19,075 nucleotides of DNA from Candidatus Thorarchaeota archaeon (GTDB lineage: Archaea > Asgardarchaeota > Thorarchaeia > Thorarchaeales > Thorarchaeaceae), in NCBI GenBank assembly GCA_048882385.1, contig JBHLRQ010000058.1, forward strand, positions 1-19,075, read 5' to 3'. How positions within the stretch are numbered: the first letter of the stretch is position 1; each line of letters opens with the position of its first letter. Of this stretch, positions 17,490 through 19,075 are shown piece by piece. The translations under genes and the position numbers were made by a program. The notes beneath the pieces are model-generated. The model made no database searches, was not told where the DNA came from, and saw nothing but the letters and a program-made list of their open reading frames with translations.

Positions 17490-18233
17490 TTGGGTGTCAA
17501 AGAGAGAAGACGTGAAAAGCCCAAAGCCAAAGAAGCGGCAAAGCCTGCTGATAAAGAGGATGTGAAAGCAGAACCAGATGCAGTACTAGAAGAAACTGAA
17601 CTTGAAGAAATCACCCATACCCCAGAGGTGGTAGTTGAAACAAAGGAATCAACAGCAACTATAGACCCAAAGCAGGTAGCAGAAGCTCCCATTGAAGAAG
17701 TTGTTGAGGTTTCGCAGTCAATCGATTATGCAATACCTGCATGGGGAGATGTCGAGGAAACAGAGTGGATGTATAGTGTGCCATCAAGAAAAGAGGACAT
17801 GGAACTCTGGGCAAATGAATGGTCAGACTATCTACTTGAATGGACTGAGAATAGGAAAGTCCACGTGCTTTCACTTGCTACCTTTATTAGTGAGCCACCA
17901 TTCAAGGACTTAAGAGACAAGGTTGAATCATTTAGAAAGATTGCAGAGGTTCTTGTTGACAAAGAAGTTGCAGAATGGAGAGATAGAAAAAAACGTCAGC
18001 TTCGGATATACTGGAAACCTCTTGAAGATTGGGCAGACTTGGTATATCAGTGGGCAATTAAAACAGGAAAACTTCGACTAGATGTCAAGTCAATAGTGAT
18101 CCAAGAATCTTCCGAAGATTTTGCAAGCCTTCCTGAAAAAGACATCCACATTGTCTTGGCACTTATGGTGGAAAAAGGGCTTGCTGAATGGGTGGATACA
18201 AAGAAAGGAGCTATAATCATTTCAACTGACTGA
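17490..18233 (+). CDS. vps25: ESCRT-II Vps25-like tandem winged-helix protein with acidic N-terminal extension
   Basis: 'WANEWSDYLLEW', 'AEWRD', 'IYWKPLEDWADLVYQWAIKTG' (Vps25 W-[RK]-x-x-E-[ED]-W...Y-x-W pattern), 'LMVEKGLAE'; starts 3 nt after the vps4 stop (TTG start). Confidence 0.88.
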   Translation: MGVKERRREKPKAKEAAKPADKEDVKAEPDAVLEETELEEITHTPEVVVETKESTATIDPKQVAEAPIEEVVEVSQSIDYAIPAWGDVEETEWMYSVPSRKEDMELWANEWSDYLLEWTENRKVHVLSLATFISEPPFKDLRDKVESFRKIAEVLVDKEVAEWRDRKKRQLRIYWKPLEDWADLVYQWAIKTGKLRLDVKSIVIQESSEDFASLPEKDIHIVLALMVEKGLAEWVDTKKGAIIISTD

Positions 18234-18234
18234 T

Positions 18235-18996
18235 TCAATAGGCTCCAGTTGTTCGATGGTCAGCTGATGTGTCGCGTGCCCTTAGACCAGGGAAATAGTA
18301 TCGACCCCCCGTTGAGAAACGAATGTCTGCTACAGCCATTCCTGTGTCAACAAGACTTGAGAGAACTTGCCGAGCATGGTCTTCAGACCACTTGAGCTGT
18401 AATATCACTTCTTCAACTGAAACATATCCCTTTGTCGCAGCCAGATTGATTACATCAGCTTGATCTCGTCGAAGTTCTAAGGGTCTCAATTCAACGACCT
18501 TAACTCCACCTCTCAGTGTCCGAATTCCTGGAATCAAGCCATGGTCAGACACTCGGTTGACCGCCTCAATCACATCATTATACGTGACGGATTCTAATTC
18601 GGGAAGACGTCTAACTACCTCAACAATTAGCTCGGCGAGACCCATTAGTCCTTTTGAAGAATGTTCAGTTGCTACATCAAGTATAGCTAGCCCTATGTAA
18701 TCAAAGAACTGGTCTGTAGTCATGCCCTGAAGTGACCGTCGTGGAGTGTGTTCACCAAGCTTCAGCAGTGTTGCTGCATGAGGGAAGACTTCGACAATTC
18801 TTTCTCCGGAAATAAAACCTCCAATGTCTAATCCCATTCTTCGCAGGTTTTCAATCTGTGACCGAACATCTTCAAGGAGTGCTTGTGACTCCCGCTGAAA
18901 GGACCTCACGTCAACGGATCCCAAATCGTACAACTTCTTCAGTTGGTCCAGTGTAGCAATTGAGGCGTAAAGTTCTGAATGGAGCCGCTCGTGCAT
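18235..18996 (-). CDS. vps22: ESCRT-II Vps22/36 (EAP30) protein with N-terminal Vps28-like helical hairpin
   Basis: C-terminal part 'FFDYIGLAILDV...GLMGLAEL...VTYNDVIEAV...PLELRRDQADVINLAATKGYVSVEEVILQLKWSEDHARQVLSSLVDTGMA..D...YYFPGL' closely follows SNF8/Vps22. The N-terminus 'ELYASIATLDQLKKLY' resembles Vps28. Confidence 0.88.
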   Translation of the reverse strand: MHERLHSELYASIATLDQLKKLYDLGSVDVRSFQRESQALLEDVRSQIENLRRMGLDIGGFISGERIVEVFPHAATLLKLGEHTPRRSLQGMTTDQFFDYIGLAILDVATEHSSKGLMGLAELIVEVVRRLPELESVTYNDVIEAVNRVSDHGLIPGIRTLRGGVKVVELRPLELRRDQADVINLAATKGYVSVEEVILQLKWSEDHARQVLSSLVDTGMAVADIRFSTGGRYYFPGLRARDTSADHRTTGAY

Positions 18997-19052
18997 TGGC
19001 AGGATTTCCTATATTGTTATAGTCCGCACTAGGCTGACAATGAGACTAGAAC

Positions 19053-19075
19053 TACTCTCTCTTTAAGAGAGAGTA
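19053..19075. repeat. Perfect inverted repeat at the window end
   Basis: TACTCTCTCTT-T-AAGAGAGAGTA: 11-bp arms, 1-nt spacer, running to the last base. Confidence 0.8.

Noticed and set aside
1-19075. CRISPR arrays, IS elements/transposases, prophage or defence genes, rRNA/tRNA; remaining short antisense ORFs
   Set aside because: No regularly spaced repeats, terminal-repeat/transposase pairs or RNA gene signatures seen. The other small ORFs in the track are nested in well-supported genes.

Overview
Gene-dense archaeal window, most likely from an Asgard archaeon. It carries TFB, archaeal ArgRS, DGGGP synthase and a eukaryote-like ESCRT locus; Thorarchaeia is a guess, not shown by the sequence. 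The left two-thirds is mostly housekeeping: partial hypB (missing from the ORF track), two ECF S-component-like membrane proteins, HTH regulators, a zinc-ribbon/Yip1 protein, UbiA-family DGGGP synthase, endonuclease IV, a Trm11-like methyltransferase, a longin-like protein, tfb, argS and tldD/pmbA. The right third (13.9-19.0 kb) is a five-gene ESCRT cluster with ESCRT-III (Vps2/24/46 type), Vps4, Vps25 and two apparently domain-shuffled proteins. One is a Vps22/36 tandem winged-helix protein with a Vps28-like N-terminal hairpin (an ESCRT-I/II fusion). The other is a Zn-finger/coiled-coil/PH(GLUE-like) protein ending in a steadiness-box (Vps23/Vps37-like) hairpin. Together these suggest a compact, possibly ubiquitin-independent ESCRT adaptor. 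All family assignments are by-eye motif recognition against remembered consensus sequences; no searches were run.
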